A stretch of 64,000 bases of DNA from an uncultured Clostridia bacterium (GTDB lineage Bacteria; Bacillota; Clostridia; Christensenellales; UBA1242). The DNA lies in contig CALWPL010000006.1 in NCBI GenBank assembly GCA_944383405.1, positions 10,127 to 74,126 on the forward strand. The letters are read 5' to 3'. Below, in pieces: positions 37,301 to 45,381 of the stretch; the stretch's first letter is position 1, and each line of letters opens with the position of its first letter. The notes under the pieces are model-generated. The model made no database searches. It saw only the letters and a list, made by a program, of their open reading frames with translations, and was not told the DNA's origin. Made by a program: the position numbers and the translations under genes.

Positions 37301-38800
37301 ACACTAACAAGTATAGGGAGATATGCATTTAGAGACTGTGATAATTTAACAGGAAAATTAGTTATTCCAAATGGGATAACACATATAAATGATTATACTT
37401 TTTCAGGTTGTTTAGGAATAACTAGTGTAGTGATACCAGAAAGTATAATTAGTATAGATAATAATGCGTTTGAGTATTGTTATAAACTAATTGAAGTATA
37501 TAATTTAAGTGCCCTAGAAATAATTGTTGGAAGCAGTGATAATGGAAGAGTTGCGGGGAATGCATTAAATGTATATACATTACTAGAAGGTACAACAAAG
37601 TTAGATTATAGAGAAGATGGGTATTTAATGTATGAAGATAATGAGAATAATTTATACTATCTAGTAGGTTATGTAGGAAGTGATGCAGAATTAACACTTC
37701 CAACAACAAGTTATAACTATGAAATATACGAACATGCTTTTGAGGGGAATATAAATATAACAAGTGTTATAATTTCAAGTAGTGTAACAAGTATAGGAGA
37801 TTATGCATTTGAAGAATGTAGTAATTTAATTAATGTAACGATAGGGGAAAATGTTGGGCGTATAGCTACTTGGGCTTTTCGATCTTGTTACAAACTAGTT
37901 GAAGTATATAATTTAAGTAGTTTAGAAATAACACCTGGAAGCAGTACTTATGGTAGCGTTGCGGAGTATGCATTAAGTGTATACACATCATTACTAGAAG
38001 AGTCAAGGTTAAATTATAGGGAAGATGGTTATGTAATGTATGAAGATAGTGTGAATAGTTTATATTATCTAGTAGATTATACAGGTAGTGATGTAAATTT
38101 AGCACTTCCAACAACAAGTTATAATTATGAAATATATAAGAATGTTTTTAGAAATAGAAATATAATAAGTTTAAATATTCCTAGTTGTGTAACAAATATA
38201 GGTATTTCTGCATTTTCTTCTTGCGATAGGCTAGTTAGTGTAACCTTTGAAGAAAATTCTCAATTAGTCAGTATAGGTGATTATGCTTTTAATGATTGTT
38301 GGAGCCTAGCAAATATAGATATACCAGATAATGTCATAAGTATAGGGGAATACGCATTTTATCGTTGTGATGAATTAAAAAGCCTGACATTAGGAGATAA
38401 AGTAGCCATCATTGATTATTATGCTTTTTTCCAATGTACTAGTCTTAAAAGTATAGTGTTTCCAAGTAGTTTAATAAGTATAGGTGGTAGTGCATTTCAG
38501 AACACATCTCTAACTAGTATAGTTATCCCTGACAGCGTAACAAGTATAGGGGGTGATGCATTTCGGAACACATCTCTAACTAGTATAGTTATCCCTGACA
38601 GCGTAACAAGTATAGGGGGTGATGCATTTTCTTATTGCTCAGAACTTACCATATATTGTGAAGCAGTAAGTCAGCCTAGTGGGTGGGATAGTGATTGGAA
38701 TTATGATGGTAGACCTGTTTACTGGGCGGGGGAGTGGAGCTTAGTTGATGGGGTGCCGGTGCCTAATAGTAGTGGTGGAGATGATGCAGATGGGAATTAA
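34319..38800 (+). CDS. giant BspA-type leucine-rich-repeat (LRR_5-like) surface protein with an N-terminal signal anchor
   Basis: ATG at 34319 follows AAAGGAG (ORF-track TTG at 34286). TM segment ILISTFFILLSLCLFVMSIYIAL. Dozens of ~23-aa units of the form I.IP.SVT.IG..AF..C..L..V. No LPXTG motif or obvious wall-binding domain. Confidence 0.85.
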   Translation: MTMRRQILISTFFILLSLCLFVMSIYIALSAMNHSFDSSVNVGYEVEGRVVLQIVNNEGSNITYDNNKVVYDEDSGLFRIDGVVPEISLLARSSNMQVNNLDELTNSSNQEFYYFSTLKEVGTNSDESILKSQTRYYVSTEEDPIWYTVPETPIAVYSTFLTPNNMTGTQEETEGESVVVISHAVTSLSSSAFMGNSQIESVVIPNSVQSIESEVNTSTGVEEGAFLNCSNLTNVILPSSVENISAEAFSGSGEVSNATYDNANYLGNEANPYLILTSGLSSEISTINIHSDCEIIQSYAFNNYDNLTSVNLPSKIREIGVYAFSDCNKLESVVFSGTSLTEIKDNVFSDSGISSIIIPEGVEEIGYESFYACINLTEITLPSTLKVIDGSFGRCVKLESVTIPSSVTNIGRYAFNGCVKLEEVVLSSGVIVIDDEAFANCRRLTGIILPNTVTTIGTFAFDNCSSMNYVVIPESAVNIENNAFMSCNSLTIYSETESELASWVDNWNPDSRPVYYFGDWEYDNGIPTHATISLGFVDNIGSDIEETNFEIVYNPSNRNEFRIDGIVPISNGQGGITNLSSLQNNLDQEFYFFSTDETWTLEENSQRYYASTEANPIWYQVPEERDVTLYSVFLTPNCFTGTQEDIGSNTDIVISHQVTTIPYNAFSTEMEGVNITSVIIPNSVTRIDSKYDETGEYGGAFAMCMSLTNAIIPSSIEYVGGMAFMMCTGLATNIYDSGKYIGVGENPYALLIGLTDYTISSIDIHDECISIQGGAFADMITGQSCQNLTNISIPSKVKNIGYGVFVYMQNLSSVTFEKNSELEEIGVMAFAISGIESIILPKSVKDIGYQAFASCGNLTSLTIEEGNKYYSSKGNCLIELSTGTLVQGFKNSVIPNDGSIKIIGIDAFNSNDEFTGDLIIPEGVTTIESGAFYFCDGLNGTLTLPSTLKFIGDSAFQHCSGLTGDLVIPEGVISIGESAFDGCGKLTGNFDLPNTLTSIGRYAFRDCDNLTGKLVIPNGITHINDYTFSGCLGITSVVIPESIISIDNNAFEYCYKLIEVYNLSALEIIVGSSDNGRVAGNALNVYTLLEGTTKLDYREDGYLMYEDNENNLYYLVGYVGSDAELTLPTTSYNYEIYEHAFEGNINITSVIISSSVTSIGDYAFEECSNLINVTIGENVGRIATWAFRSCYKLVEVYNLSSLEITPGSSTYGSVAEYALSVYTSLLEESRLNYREDGYVMYEDSVNSLYYLVDYTGSDVNLALPTTSYNYEIYKNVFRNRNIISLNIPSCVTNIGISAFSSCDRLVSVTFEENSQLVSIGDYAFNDCWSLANIDIPDNVISIGEYAFYRCDELKSLTLGDKVAIIDYYAFFQCTSLKSIVFPSSLISIGGSAFQNTSLTSIVIPDSVTSIGGDAFRNTSLTSIVIPDSVTSIGGDAFSYCSELTIYCEAVSQPSGWDSDWNYDGRPVYWAGEWSLVDGVPVPNSSGGDDADGN
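37478..38293 (+). repeat. 408-nt (136-aa) in-frame tandem repeat inside the LRR gene
   Basis: Copy 1 begins with TGTTATAAACTAATTGAAGTATATAATTTAAGT at 37478, and copy 2 with TGTTACAAACTAGTTGAAGTATATAATTTAAGT at 37886. The protein blocks CYKL.EVYNLS.LEI..GSS...YREDGY.MYED..N.LYYLV.Y.GSD..L.LPTTSYNYEIY repeat. Confidence 0.8.
38492..38623 (+). repeat. near-perfect 66-nt x2 in-frame tandem duplication of one LRR unit
   Basis: 38492-38557 and 38558-38623 are identical except for one base (CAG vs CGG), encoding AF(Q/R)NTSLTSIVIPDSVTSIGGD twice. Confidence 0.95.
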
Positions 38801-38846
38801 AATATAATTTTGAAAACTAGTTAAACATATTTATTTGATTATAGGG

Positions 38847-38881
38847 GAAGGGGCTAAGATTAAAGCCCTTTCTCTTTTTTG
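38847..38881 (+). terminator. rho-independent terminator of the LRR gene
   Basis: GAAGGGGCT pairs with AGCCCTTTC, followed by a T-run. Confidence 0.7.
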
Positions 38882-38903
38882 TAAAAATATTTTTATTTTA
38901 AAG

Positions 38904-38931
38904 TTGACAAATAAAAAAAAATTGATATAAT
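38904..38931 (+). promoter_or_regulatory. sigma-A promoter of ylxM-ffh
   Basis: TTGACA (38904-38909), 16-nt spacer, TATAAT (38926-38931) with an extended -10 TG at 38923-38924. Confidence 0.6.
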
Positions 38932-38976
38932 TATTTTGTAAAGTAAAAATACTTTACAGGATTAGAAGAGTTAGTT

Positions 38977-39315
38977 ATGAAGATTGAAGAAAGTTTTAGA
39001 GTAAGTTTACTTGTTGATTTTTATAAAAATCTTTTGACGCAGAAGCAAAGAAAAATTATAACTGATTTTATTGACAACAATATATCAATTAGTGAACTTG
39101 CACAGATTTACAATACTAGTAGGCAGGCAATAAATGACCTTATTAAAAGGACTATTAAAGTGCTTGAAGGGTATGAAGAAAAACTCAATCTTCTTCACAA
39201 GTTTGAGATGATAAGAGAAAAGGTAAAGAAAAGTCTTGAAATTCTTGATAGTAAAGAGACAAATTCTTCTAATGAAATAAAAAAGGAACTTAATTCGGTC
39301 TTGGAGATAATGTAG
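38977..39315 (+). CDS. ylxM: YlxM/UPF0122 helix-turn-helix protein (SRP-associated)
   Basis: 112 aa; LTQKQRKIITDFIDNNISISELAQIYNTSRQAINDLIKR; conserved position immediately upstream of ffh. Confidence 0.88.
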   Translation: MKIEESFRVSLLVDFYKNLLTQKQRKIITDFIDNNISISELAQIYNTSRQAINDLIKRTIKVLEGYEEKLNLLHKFEMIREKVKKSLEILDSKETNSSNEIKKELNSVLEIM

Positions 39316-39316
39316 A

Positions 39317-40630
39317 ATGGGAATGTTTTCAAATTTATCACTTAGATTAAATCACATTTTTTCGCATCTAACGAAGAGGGGTAAACTAACTGAACTTGAA
39401 ATAAAAGAGGCGATGAGAGAAATTAGGGTTGCACTGCTTGAAGCAGATGTAAATTATCTTGTTGCAAAGGACTTTATAAATAGAGTTAGTGAGAAGGCTG
39501 TTGGTCAGCAAGTGCTCAATAGTTTGACTCCTGGGCAACAGGTTATTAAGATAGTAAATGAAGAATTAATAAACCTTATGGGGCAGACAAATAGCAAACT
39601 TGCAGTATCGAGTTCACTTCCGACAGTTATAATGCTATGTGGACTTCAAGGGAGTGGTAAGACAACAATGTGTGGAAAACTAGCGAGCATGTTAAAAAGT
39701 CAAGGCAAACATCCAATGCTTGTAGCCTGCGACATATATAGACCGGCTGCAATCAATCAGTTGCAAGTTGTAGGAAAGAGTGCAAATGTGGAAGTTTTTG
39801 AAAAGGGAGTGCAAGCACCAGTAAAAACATGCAAGCAGGCAATAGAGTATGCTAATAAAAAAATGTATGACACAGTTATAATTGATACAGCAGGCAGGCT
39901 ATCTATTGACGAAGAGTTAATGAACGAATTAAAATTATTAAAAAAAGAAATTAAGCCAACAGAAATACTACTTGTTGTTGACTCTATGAATGGACAGGAG
40001 TCAGTTAATGTTGCAAAGACATTTGATGAGGCGCTTGACATAACAGGTGTAATACTCACAAAACTTGACGGAGACACTCGTGGTGGTGCGGCGCTTAGTA
40101 TAAGTGAAGTAGTAAAAAAGCCTATTAAATTTTGCGGAACGGGGGAAAAGTTAGGCGACATTGAGCCTTTTTATCCTGACAGGATGGCGTCAAGAATACT
40201 TGGGATGGGGGATGTATTAACTCTTATTGAAAAGGCCCAGAGTGCAGTTAGTGAAGAAGAGGCAAAGAAACTTGAAAAGAAGTTAAGGGAAAGCAGTTTT
40301 ACATTTGAGGACTATTTAAGTCAAATGGAAAAGATAAACAAGATGGGCAACATTAACGACCTTATCAACATGATACCTGGTTTTAGTAATAAAATGAAGG
40401 GAGTGAGTGTTGACGAGAAAGAACTTGAAAGAAACAAGGCAATTATTCAGAGTATGACAATAAAAGAAAGGAGAAATCCAGATTTAATAAAGGGGAGTCA
40501 GAAAAAGAGAATTGCTGATGGGAGCGGAACTCAAATTCAGGATGTAAATAGGTTACTTAAACAATTTGAGCAATCAAAACTCATGATGAAGCGTATGAAG
40601 GGTGGAAACATGAGGAATTTTAAATTTTAG
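39317..40630 (+). CDS. ffh: signal recognition particle protein Ffh
   Basis: GLQGSGKTT, DTAGRL, TKLDGDTRGGAALS; Met-rich M domain. Confidence 0.97.
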   Translation: MGMFSNLSLRLNHIFSHLTKRGKLTELEIKEAMREIRVALLEADVNYLVAKDFINRVSEKAVGQQVLNSLTPGQQVIKIVNEELINLMGQTNSKLAVSSSLPTVIMLCGLQGSGKTTMCGKLASMLKSQGKHPMLVACDIYRPAAINQLQVVGKSANVEVFEKGVQAPVKTCKQAIEYANKKMYDTVIIDTAGRLSIDEELMNELKLLKKEIKPTEILLVVDSMNGQESVNVAKTFDEALDITGVILTKLDGDTRGGAALSISEVVKKPIKFCGTGEKLGDIEPFYPDRMASRILGMGDVLTLIEKAQSAVSEEEAKKLEKKLRESSFTFEDYLSQMEKINKMGNINDLINMIPGFSNKMKGVSVDEKELERNKAIIQSMTIKERRNPDLIKGSQKKRIADGSGTQIQDVNRLLKQFEQSKLMMKRMKGGNMRNFKF

Positions 40631-40700
40631 TTAGGTTTTTACAAGTTTTTAATAAAAAACTTGAAACATATAAACAAATTTAAAACAAAGGAGAGAGAAA

Positions 40701-41006
40701 ATGGCAGTTAAAATTAGACTTACAAGAATGGGAGACAAGAAAAGTCCTTTTTACAGAGTTGTAGTTGCTGATGCAAGAACAAGTAGAGATGGAAAGGTAA
40801 TTGACAGTCTTGGATATTTTAACCCACTTATTGAGAAAGACAATCTTAAACTTGATAAGGAAAAGACTCTAACATGGTTAAAAAATGGTGCACAACCAAC
40901 TGAGACAGCAAGAACACTTCTTGTCAAAGCGGGTATTGTTGAAAATCCAAAGCCTTATGCAAGTAAGAAGATTGTACCAAAAAAGAAAGACGCAAAAAAG
41001 GCTTAA
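40701..41006 (+). CDS. rpsP: 30S ribosomal protein S16
   Basis: [24 protein letters not shown]. Confidence 0.96.
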   Translation: MAVKIRLTRMGDKKSPFYRVVVADARTSRDGKVIDSLGYFNPLIEKDNLKLDKEKTLTWLKNGAQPTETARTLLVKAGIVENPKPYASKKIVPKKKDAKKA

Positions 41007-41028
41007 ACTAATAAATTAAGGAGAAAAA

Positions 41029-41262
41029 ATGGAAGAGTTACTTAGATTTATAGTTGAAAGCCTTGTGGAAGACAAAGAGAGTATACAAATTTCAGAAAGT
41101 CAGGCTGAAAATGCTGTAATTTATGAAGTTAGTGTTTCTGACGATGACATAGGCAAAATAATTGGTAAAAATGGCAAAGTTGCTCAGGCGATAAGGGCAA
41201 TTTTACATTCTGCTGGACATAAAGACAATAAGAAGGTTATTTTTAAAATAAAGAAGGCATAA
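41029..41262 (+). CDS. KH-domain RNA-binding protein (UPF0109/YlqC)
   Basis: 77 aa with GKIIGKNGKVAQAIRAI KH motif; lies between rpsP and rimM. Confidence 0.88.
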   Translation: MEELLRFIVESLVEDKESIQISESQAENAVIYEVSVSDDDIGKIIGKNGKVAQAIRAILHSAGHKDNKKVIFKIKKA

Positions 41263-41333
41263 AAAAACTATTTTTGAAAAAAATCAAGATAAATAAGTAA
41301 AATTTTTATAATTTACTAAAAAAAAGAAAAATT

Positions 41334-41822
41334 ATGATAAAAATAGCAAAAGTGTTAAAGCCTCATGGGCTAAATGGCGAAATAAAAATTGATTGTTATA
41401 TAAAAGATATGTCCTTTTGGAAAAATCTAGGACAAGTTTTTATTGATGGCAATAAATTTAATATTAAAAATGTTAGGTTTTATAAAGATTTTGGGTATTT
41501 GTTTTTAGAAAACATTTCTTCTATAACGGATGCTGAAAAACTTAGAAATAAAATGCTTGAAGTAGAAAGAGAACAAATTGAAAATAAAGAAAATGAATAT
41601 CTTATAAGCGATTTAGAAAATTGTGATATTTTTGATGATAAAGGTAACTTTGTAGGACAGGTTGTAAGCATTGAAAAATACGGAGCAGCAGATATTATTA
41701 ATATTGAAAAAATGGGGGCGAAAAGAAGTTTTCCATTTTTAAAAGATGTTATAAAAGAAGTGGATATAAAAAGCAAAAAAGTAATAGTTTTCAAGGACAA
41801 AATTAGTGAGGTGTTAATATGA
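41334..41822 (+). CDS. rimM: 16S rRNA processing protein RimM
   Basis: KPHGLNGEIKI start and a PRC-barrel C-terminus; overlaps the trmD start. Confidence 0.9.
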   Translation: MIKIAKVLKPHGLNGEIKIDCYIKDMSFWKNLGQVFIDGNKFNIKNVRFYKDFGYLFLENISSITDAEKLRNKMLEVEREQIENKENEYLISDLENCDIFDDKGNFVGQVVSIEKYGAADIINIEKMGAKRSFPFLKDVIKEVDIKSKKVIVFKDKISEVLI

Positions 41823-42514
41823 ATATTACCATTCTCACTATTTTCCCAGAAATGTTTACAGCATTAAATCATAGCATTTTGCTTCGTGCACAAAAAAACA
41901 ACTTGATTAATATCAAAGTAATTAATATTAGAGATTTTTCGCTTGATAATAACAAGCGTTGTGATGATTATTCTTATGGTGGTGGGGCAGGAATGATTAT
42001 GACGCCACAGCCTTTATTTGATGCTATTAAAAGTGTTAAAACTGAAAATAGTCATGCAATTTATTTGTCGCCAAAGGGCAGTTTATTAACTCAGAAAAAA
42101 GTTGAAGAATTAGCGGTTTCAAATAAGGAACTTATTCTTATCTGTGGGCACTATGAAGGCATTGACGAAAGAATAATAGACTTGTGTGTTGATGAAGAAA
42201 TTTCTATTGGAGATTATGTCCTAACAGGTGGAGAATATCCTGCTATGGTGCTTGTTGACGCTATTTCAAGGTATATTCCAAATGTTCTTGGAAATGAGAA
42301 TACTACTGATGAAGAATCTTTTTCAAATGGGCTTCTTGAATATCCGCAATATACAAGACCTTATGTCTTTGAAGGGTTGTCTGTGCCGGAAGTTTTAGTT
42401 AGTGGAAATCATCAGGAAGTTAATAAATGGAGATTTGAAAAATCTCTTGAAGTTACAAAATTAAGACGCCCAGACCTTTATAAAAAATACTTTGAGAATT
42501 TAAATAAGGAATGA
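41819..42514 (+). CDS. trmD: tRNA (guanine37-N1)-methyltransferase
   Basis: ILTIFPEMF, GHYEGIDERI, SIGDYVLTGGE motifs. Confidence 0.96.
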   Translation: MNITILTIFPEMFTALNHSILLRAQKNNLINIKVINIRDFSLDNNKRCDDYSYGGGAGMIMTPQPLFDAIKSVKTENSHAIYLSPKGSLLTQKKVEELAVSNKELILICGHYEGIDERIIDLCVDEEISIGDYVLTGGEYPAMVLVDAISRYIPNVLGNENTTDEESFSNGLLEYPQYTRPYVFEGLSVPEVLVSGNHQEVNKWRFEKSLEVTKLRRPDLYKKYFENLNKE

Positions 42515-42521
42515 GATTTTG

Positions 42522-42977
42522 ATGCATAATAATACTTTGTATTATTTAAAACAGGCAACAAAGGAAGACAAGGGTAAACTAATTGAATTTAACCTAAATA
42601 CTATTTTAAAGTATGCTGGTTTAATTACACAAAAAGAAAAAGCAGAGATTATTTCTTTTGTAACAAATGATGTTGATAAAAACTTAGATAAATACAAAAT
42701 TATTTACATAGATAACAATATTGTTGGGTGTTTTGCAATAAAAGATAAAAATCAAGGGGTTTTACTTGATATTATTTACTTAGAACAAAATTATAGAAAT
42801 AAGGGGCTTGGGTCGGAGATACTAAAATATATTTTAGATAAAAATAAGATTGTTTATTTATGGGTTTATAAATCTAATAAAAGAGCAATTTCTTTATATC
42901 TAAAAGTTGGCTTTAGAATTGTAGATGAGACAGAAACTAGATTTTATATGAAACATGAAATTGAAAGGAAAGCGTAA
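42522..42977 (+). CDS. GNAT-family N-acetyltransferase
   Basis: About 150 aa with the acetyl-CoA motif A region YRNKGLGSEILKYIL and a beta-bulge region. Confidence 0.7.
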   Translation: MHNNTLYYLKQATKEDKGKLIEFNLNTILKYAGLITQKEKAEIISFVTNDVDKNLDKYKIIYIDNNIVGCFAIKDKNQGVLLDIIYLEQNYRNKGLGSEILKYILDKNKIVYLWVYKSNKRAISLYLKVGFRIVDETETRFYMKHEIERKA

Positions 42978-42978
42978 A

Positions 42979-43836
42979 ATGGAAAAAAACTTATCAAGGA
43001 CTAATATAAACTGGTTTCCAGGGCACATGACAAAGGCCCTTAGACAAATGGAAAAGGAGTTAAAAAATGTTGATTTACTCCTTTATTGCTTAGATGCAAG
43101 GGCTCCTATGTCGTGTTTAAATCCAAAACTTACTGAACTTGCCAAAAACAAAAAAATAATTTATGTTTTAAGCAAAGTTGATTTAGTTGAAAAAAAAGAT
43201 TTAGAAAAATTCAAAAAATTATTAACAAAGGAAAATGCTCAAGTTGTAGCAATTAATGCAGTTCAATCTAATTCAGGTAAGGTTATTTTTTCAATAGCAA
43301 GAGACCTTTTAAAAGACAAAATTTTTTCAAAAGAAGAAAAAGGTATTAGTTATTCCTTAAAGGCAATGGTGGTTGGAGTGCCTAATGTTGGGAAAAGCAC
43401 ATTAATTAATAACTTGTGTTCTTTTTCAAAAACAATAACTGGTAATAAGCCAGGTGTAACAAAAGGCAAACAGTGGGTAGTAACAAAAGAAGGACTTGTA
43501 CTACTTGATACGCCAGGAACGCTTTGGCCTTCGTTTGAAGACGAGAGAGTTGCTAGAAATCTTGCTTACATTGGAAGTATTAAAGATGAAGTTTTAGACA
43601 CAACTGAACTAGCGTTTGATTTTATAAAAGATATTTCAGGAAAATATAAGGACTTGCTTGAAAAAAGATACAATATACAAATTCGTGATGGACAAGAAAC
43701 AATTGAAATATTTGAAAATATTTGTATGTCTAGAAATTGTATTTTAAAAAAAGAAGAATTAGATTATGATAGATGCGGCAGAATGATACTTGATGATTTT
43801 AGAAAGGGTAGACTTGGGAAGATAATTTTGGACTAA
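42979..43836 (+). CDS. rbgA: ribosome biogenesis GTPase A (YlqF/RbgA)
   Basis: INWFPGHMTKA, circularly permuted GTPase (SKVDL ... GVPNVGKSTLIN ... DTPG). ATG at 42979 follows AAAGGAAAG; the ORF-track start is 42955. Confidence 0.93.
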   Translation: MEKNLSRTNINWFPGHMTKALRQMEKELKNVDLLLYCLDARAPMSCLNPKLTELAKNKKIIYVLSKVDLVEKKDLEKFKKLLTKENAQVVAINAVQSNSGKVIFSIARDLLKDKIFSKEEKGISYSLKAMVVGVPNVGKSTLINNLCSFSKTITGNKPGVTKGKQWVVTKEGLVLLDTPGTLWPSFEDERVARNLAYIGSIKDEVLDTTELAFDFIKDISGKYKDLLEKRYNIQIRDGQETIEIFENICMSRNCILKKEELDYDRCGRMILDDFRKGRLGKIILD

Positions 43837-43839
43837 AAT

Positions 43840-44427
43840 ATGTTTGATTATGAAAATAAGTATAAAGAATATGGCTTAGTTGGCGGAATGGACGAGGCAG
43901 GTCGTGGACCTCTTGCGGGTCCAGTTGTTTGTGCTTGTGTCATAATGCCACTTGATAAAGATAAAATTATTGAAGGAATTAACGATAGTAAAAAATTAAC
44001 TCCAAAAAAGCGTGAATTATTGTATGAAAAAATAATTTCTACTGCAATTTGTTATTCAATTCAAGAAGTAGATGAAAAAACTATTGATGAGATTAATATT
44101 TTACAAGCAACAAAACTTGGTATGAAAAAAGCACTTGAAAAAATGAAAACAAAACCCGATACAATTCTTATTGATGCTTTAAATATAGATACAAATACTA
44201 GACAGATTGGGATAATTAAGGGAGATAGTTTAAGTTATAATATTGCGAGTGCTTCAATTTTGGCAAAAGTATATAGAGATAGAAAAATGCTAGAACTTGC
44301 AAAAGTTTATCCAGAGTATCATTTTGAGAAGCATAAAGGATATGGGACAAAAGAACATATAGAATGTTTAAAAAAATATGGGAAGTGTAAAATACATAGA
44401 AATACTTTTATAAAGCATTTTATTTAA
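43840..44427 (+). CDS. rnhB: ribonuclease HII
   Basis: GMDEAGRGPLAGPVV catalytic motif. Confidence 0.95.
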   Translation: MFDYENKYKEYGLVGGMDEAGRGPLAGPVVCACVIMPLDKDKIIEGINDSKKLTPKKRELLYEKIISTAICYSIQEVDEKTIDEINILQATKLGMKKALEKMKTKPDTILIDALNIDTNTRQIGIIKGDSLSYNIASASILAKVYRDRKMLELAKVYPEYHFEKHKGYGTKEHIECLKKYGKCKIHRNTFIKHFI

Positions 44428-44445
44428 TTTTGGAGATTATATTTA

Positions 44446-44814
44446 ATGTTTGGAAAGAAAAGATACAAAGAACTTGGAAATTTAGGCGAAGACATGGCTT
44501 GTCATTATTTATTGCAAAAAGGCTATAAAATCATAGATAGGAATATTAGAAATAAAATTGGAGAAATAGACATAGTTGCAAAAGACGCTGAAGATGTTTA
44601 TGTTTTTATTGAAGTAAAGACGAGAAAGAGTTTAGATTATGGCTTGCCACTTGAAGCAATAAATTATAGGAAACAAAATAAGATAAAGAATACAGCAATT
44701 TTTTATTTAAAACATAAGAACTTATATGACAAAGTATCAATCAGATTTGATTGCATTTCAATTATAGGTGCTTATGAAAGTTATCAAATAGAGCATTTAG
44801 AAAATATTTTTTAG
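44446..44814 (+). CDS. yraN: YraN-family endonuclease (UPF0102)
   Basis: 122 aa with GEIDIVA ... FIEVKTR PD-(D/E)xK-like core. Confidence 0.88.
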   Translation: MFGKKRYKELGNLGEDMACHYLLQKGYKIIDRNIRNKIGEIDIVAKDAEDVYVFIEVKTRKSLDYGLPLEAINYRKQNKIKNTAIFYLKHKNLYDKVSIRFDCISIIGAYESYQIEHLENIF

Positions 44815-44845
44815 CAAGTAAAATATTTTGAATTATAAAAAATGC

Positions 44846-44874
44846 TTGCATTTTTATTTACATTGTGTTATTAT
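44846..44874 (+). promoter_or_regulatory. sigma-A promoter of rplS
   Basis: TTGCAT (44846-44851), 17-nt spacer, TATTAT (44869-44874) with an extended -10 TG. Confidence 0.5.
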
Positions 44875-44902
44875 TACTTGCAATTTGAAATGGAGGCAAA
44901 AA

Positions 44903-45244
44903 ATGAACCTTATAGATGTTATTGAGAAAGAGAGCGTAAAAGATTCTGTACCAGAGTTTGGCATTGGAGACACTGTCAAAGTTTATTATAAAATTAAAGA
45001 GGGAAATAAGGAAAGAGTTCAGGGCTATGAAGGCACTGTTATTGCTCGTAAAAATGGCGGTATTAGAGAGAATTTTACCGTTAGGCGTATTTCTTTTGGT
45101 ATAGGTGTTGAAAGAACTTTCCCATTGCATAGTCCAAGAATTGATAAGATTGAAGTTTTAAAGAAGGGCAAGGTAAGAAGAGCAAAATTATTCTATCTTA
45201 GAGGATTATCTGGAAAGGCAACAAATATTAAAGAACAAAGATAA
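44903..45244 (+). CDS. rplS: 50S ribosomal protein L19
   Basis: ATG at 44903 follows [16 protein letters not shown]... with FRVGDTV-type block ([13 protein letters not shown]). The ORF-track start at 44828 is upstream of the promoter. Confidence 0.95.
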   Translation: MNLIDVIEKESVKDSVPEFGIGDTVKVYYKIKEGNKERVQGYEGTVIARKNGGIRENFTVRRISFGIGVERTFPLHSPRIDKIEVLKKGKVRRAKLFYLRGLSGKATNIKEQR

Positions 45245-45250
45245 AAATTT

Positions 45251-45276
45251 AACAGACAAGGTTCTGTTATTTTTTA
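45251..45276 (+). terminator. terminator after rplS
   Basis: AACAGA pairs with TCTGTT, followed by a T-run. Confidence 0.6.
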
Positions 45277-45350
45277 TACAAAAAATTAGTTTTGTAATTA
45301 ATTTAATTTAGCATTTATAAAATTTTATTTTATTATTTTTGTAATTAAAA

Positions 45351-45373
45351 AGCAGAAATTATTAATTCCTGCT
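45351..45373. terminator. bidirectional-looking terminator hairpin 3' of the GDPD gene
   Basis: AGCAGAAATT pairs with AATTCCTGCT (one mismatch). An A-run lies upstream and a T-run downstream. Confidence 0.55.
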
Positions 45374-45381
45374 TTTATTTT

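Noticed and set aside
34864-38117. Several 71-104-aa minus-strand ORFs inside the LRR gene (34864-35094, 34896-35162, 35769-35984, 36000-36227, 37449-37763, 37866-38117).
   Set aside because: They are antisense to a long, clearly coding repeat-rich ORF, have low-complexity Leu/His/Tyr-rich translations and lack RBSs. The two similar ones merely mirror the 408-nt sense-strand repeat.
38492-38623. A tandem repeat as a possible CRISPR array or minisatellite.
   Set aside because: There are only two units with no spacers. The repeat is in frame within a coding LRR region, and no cas genes are present in the window.
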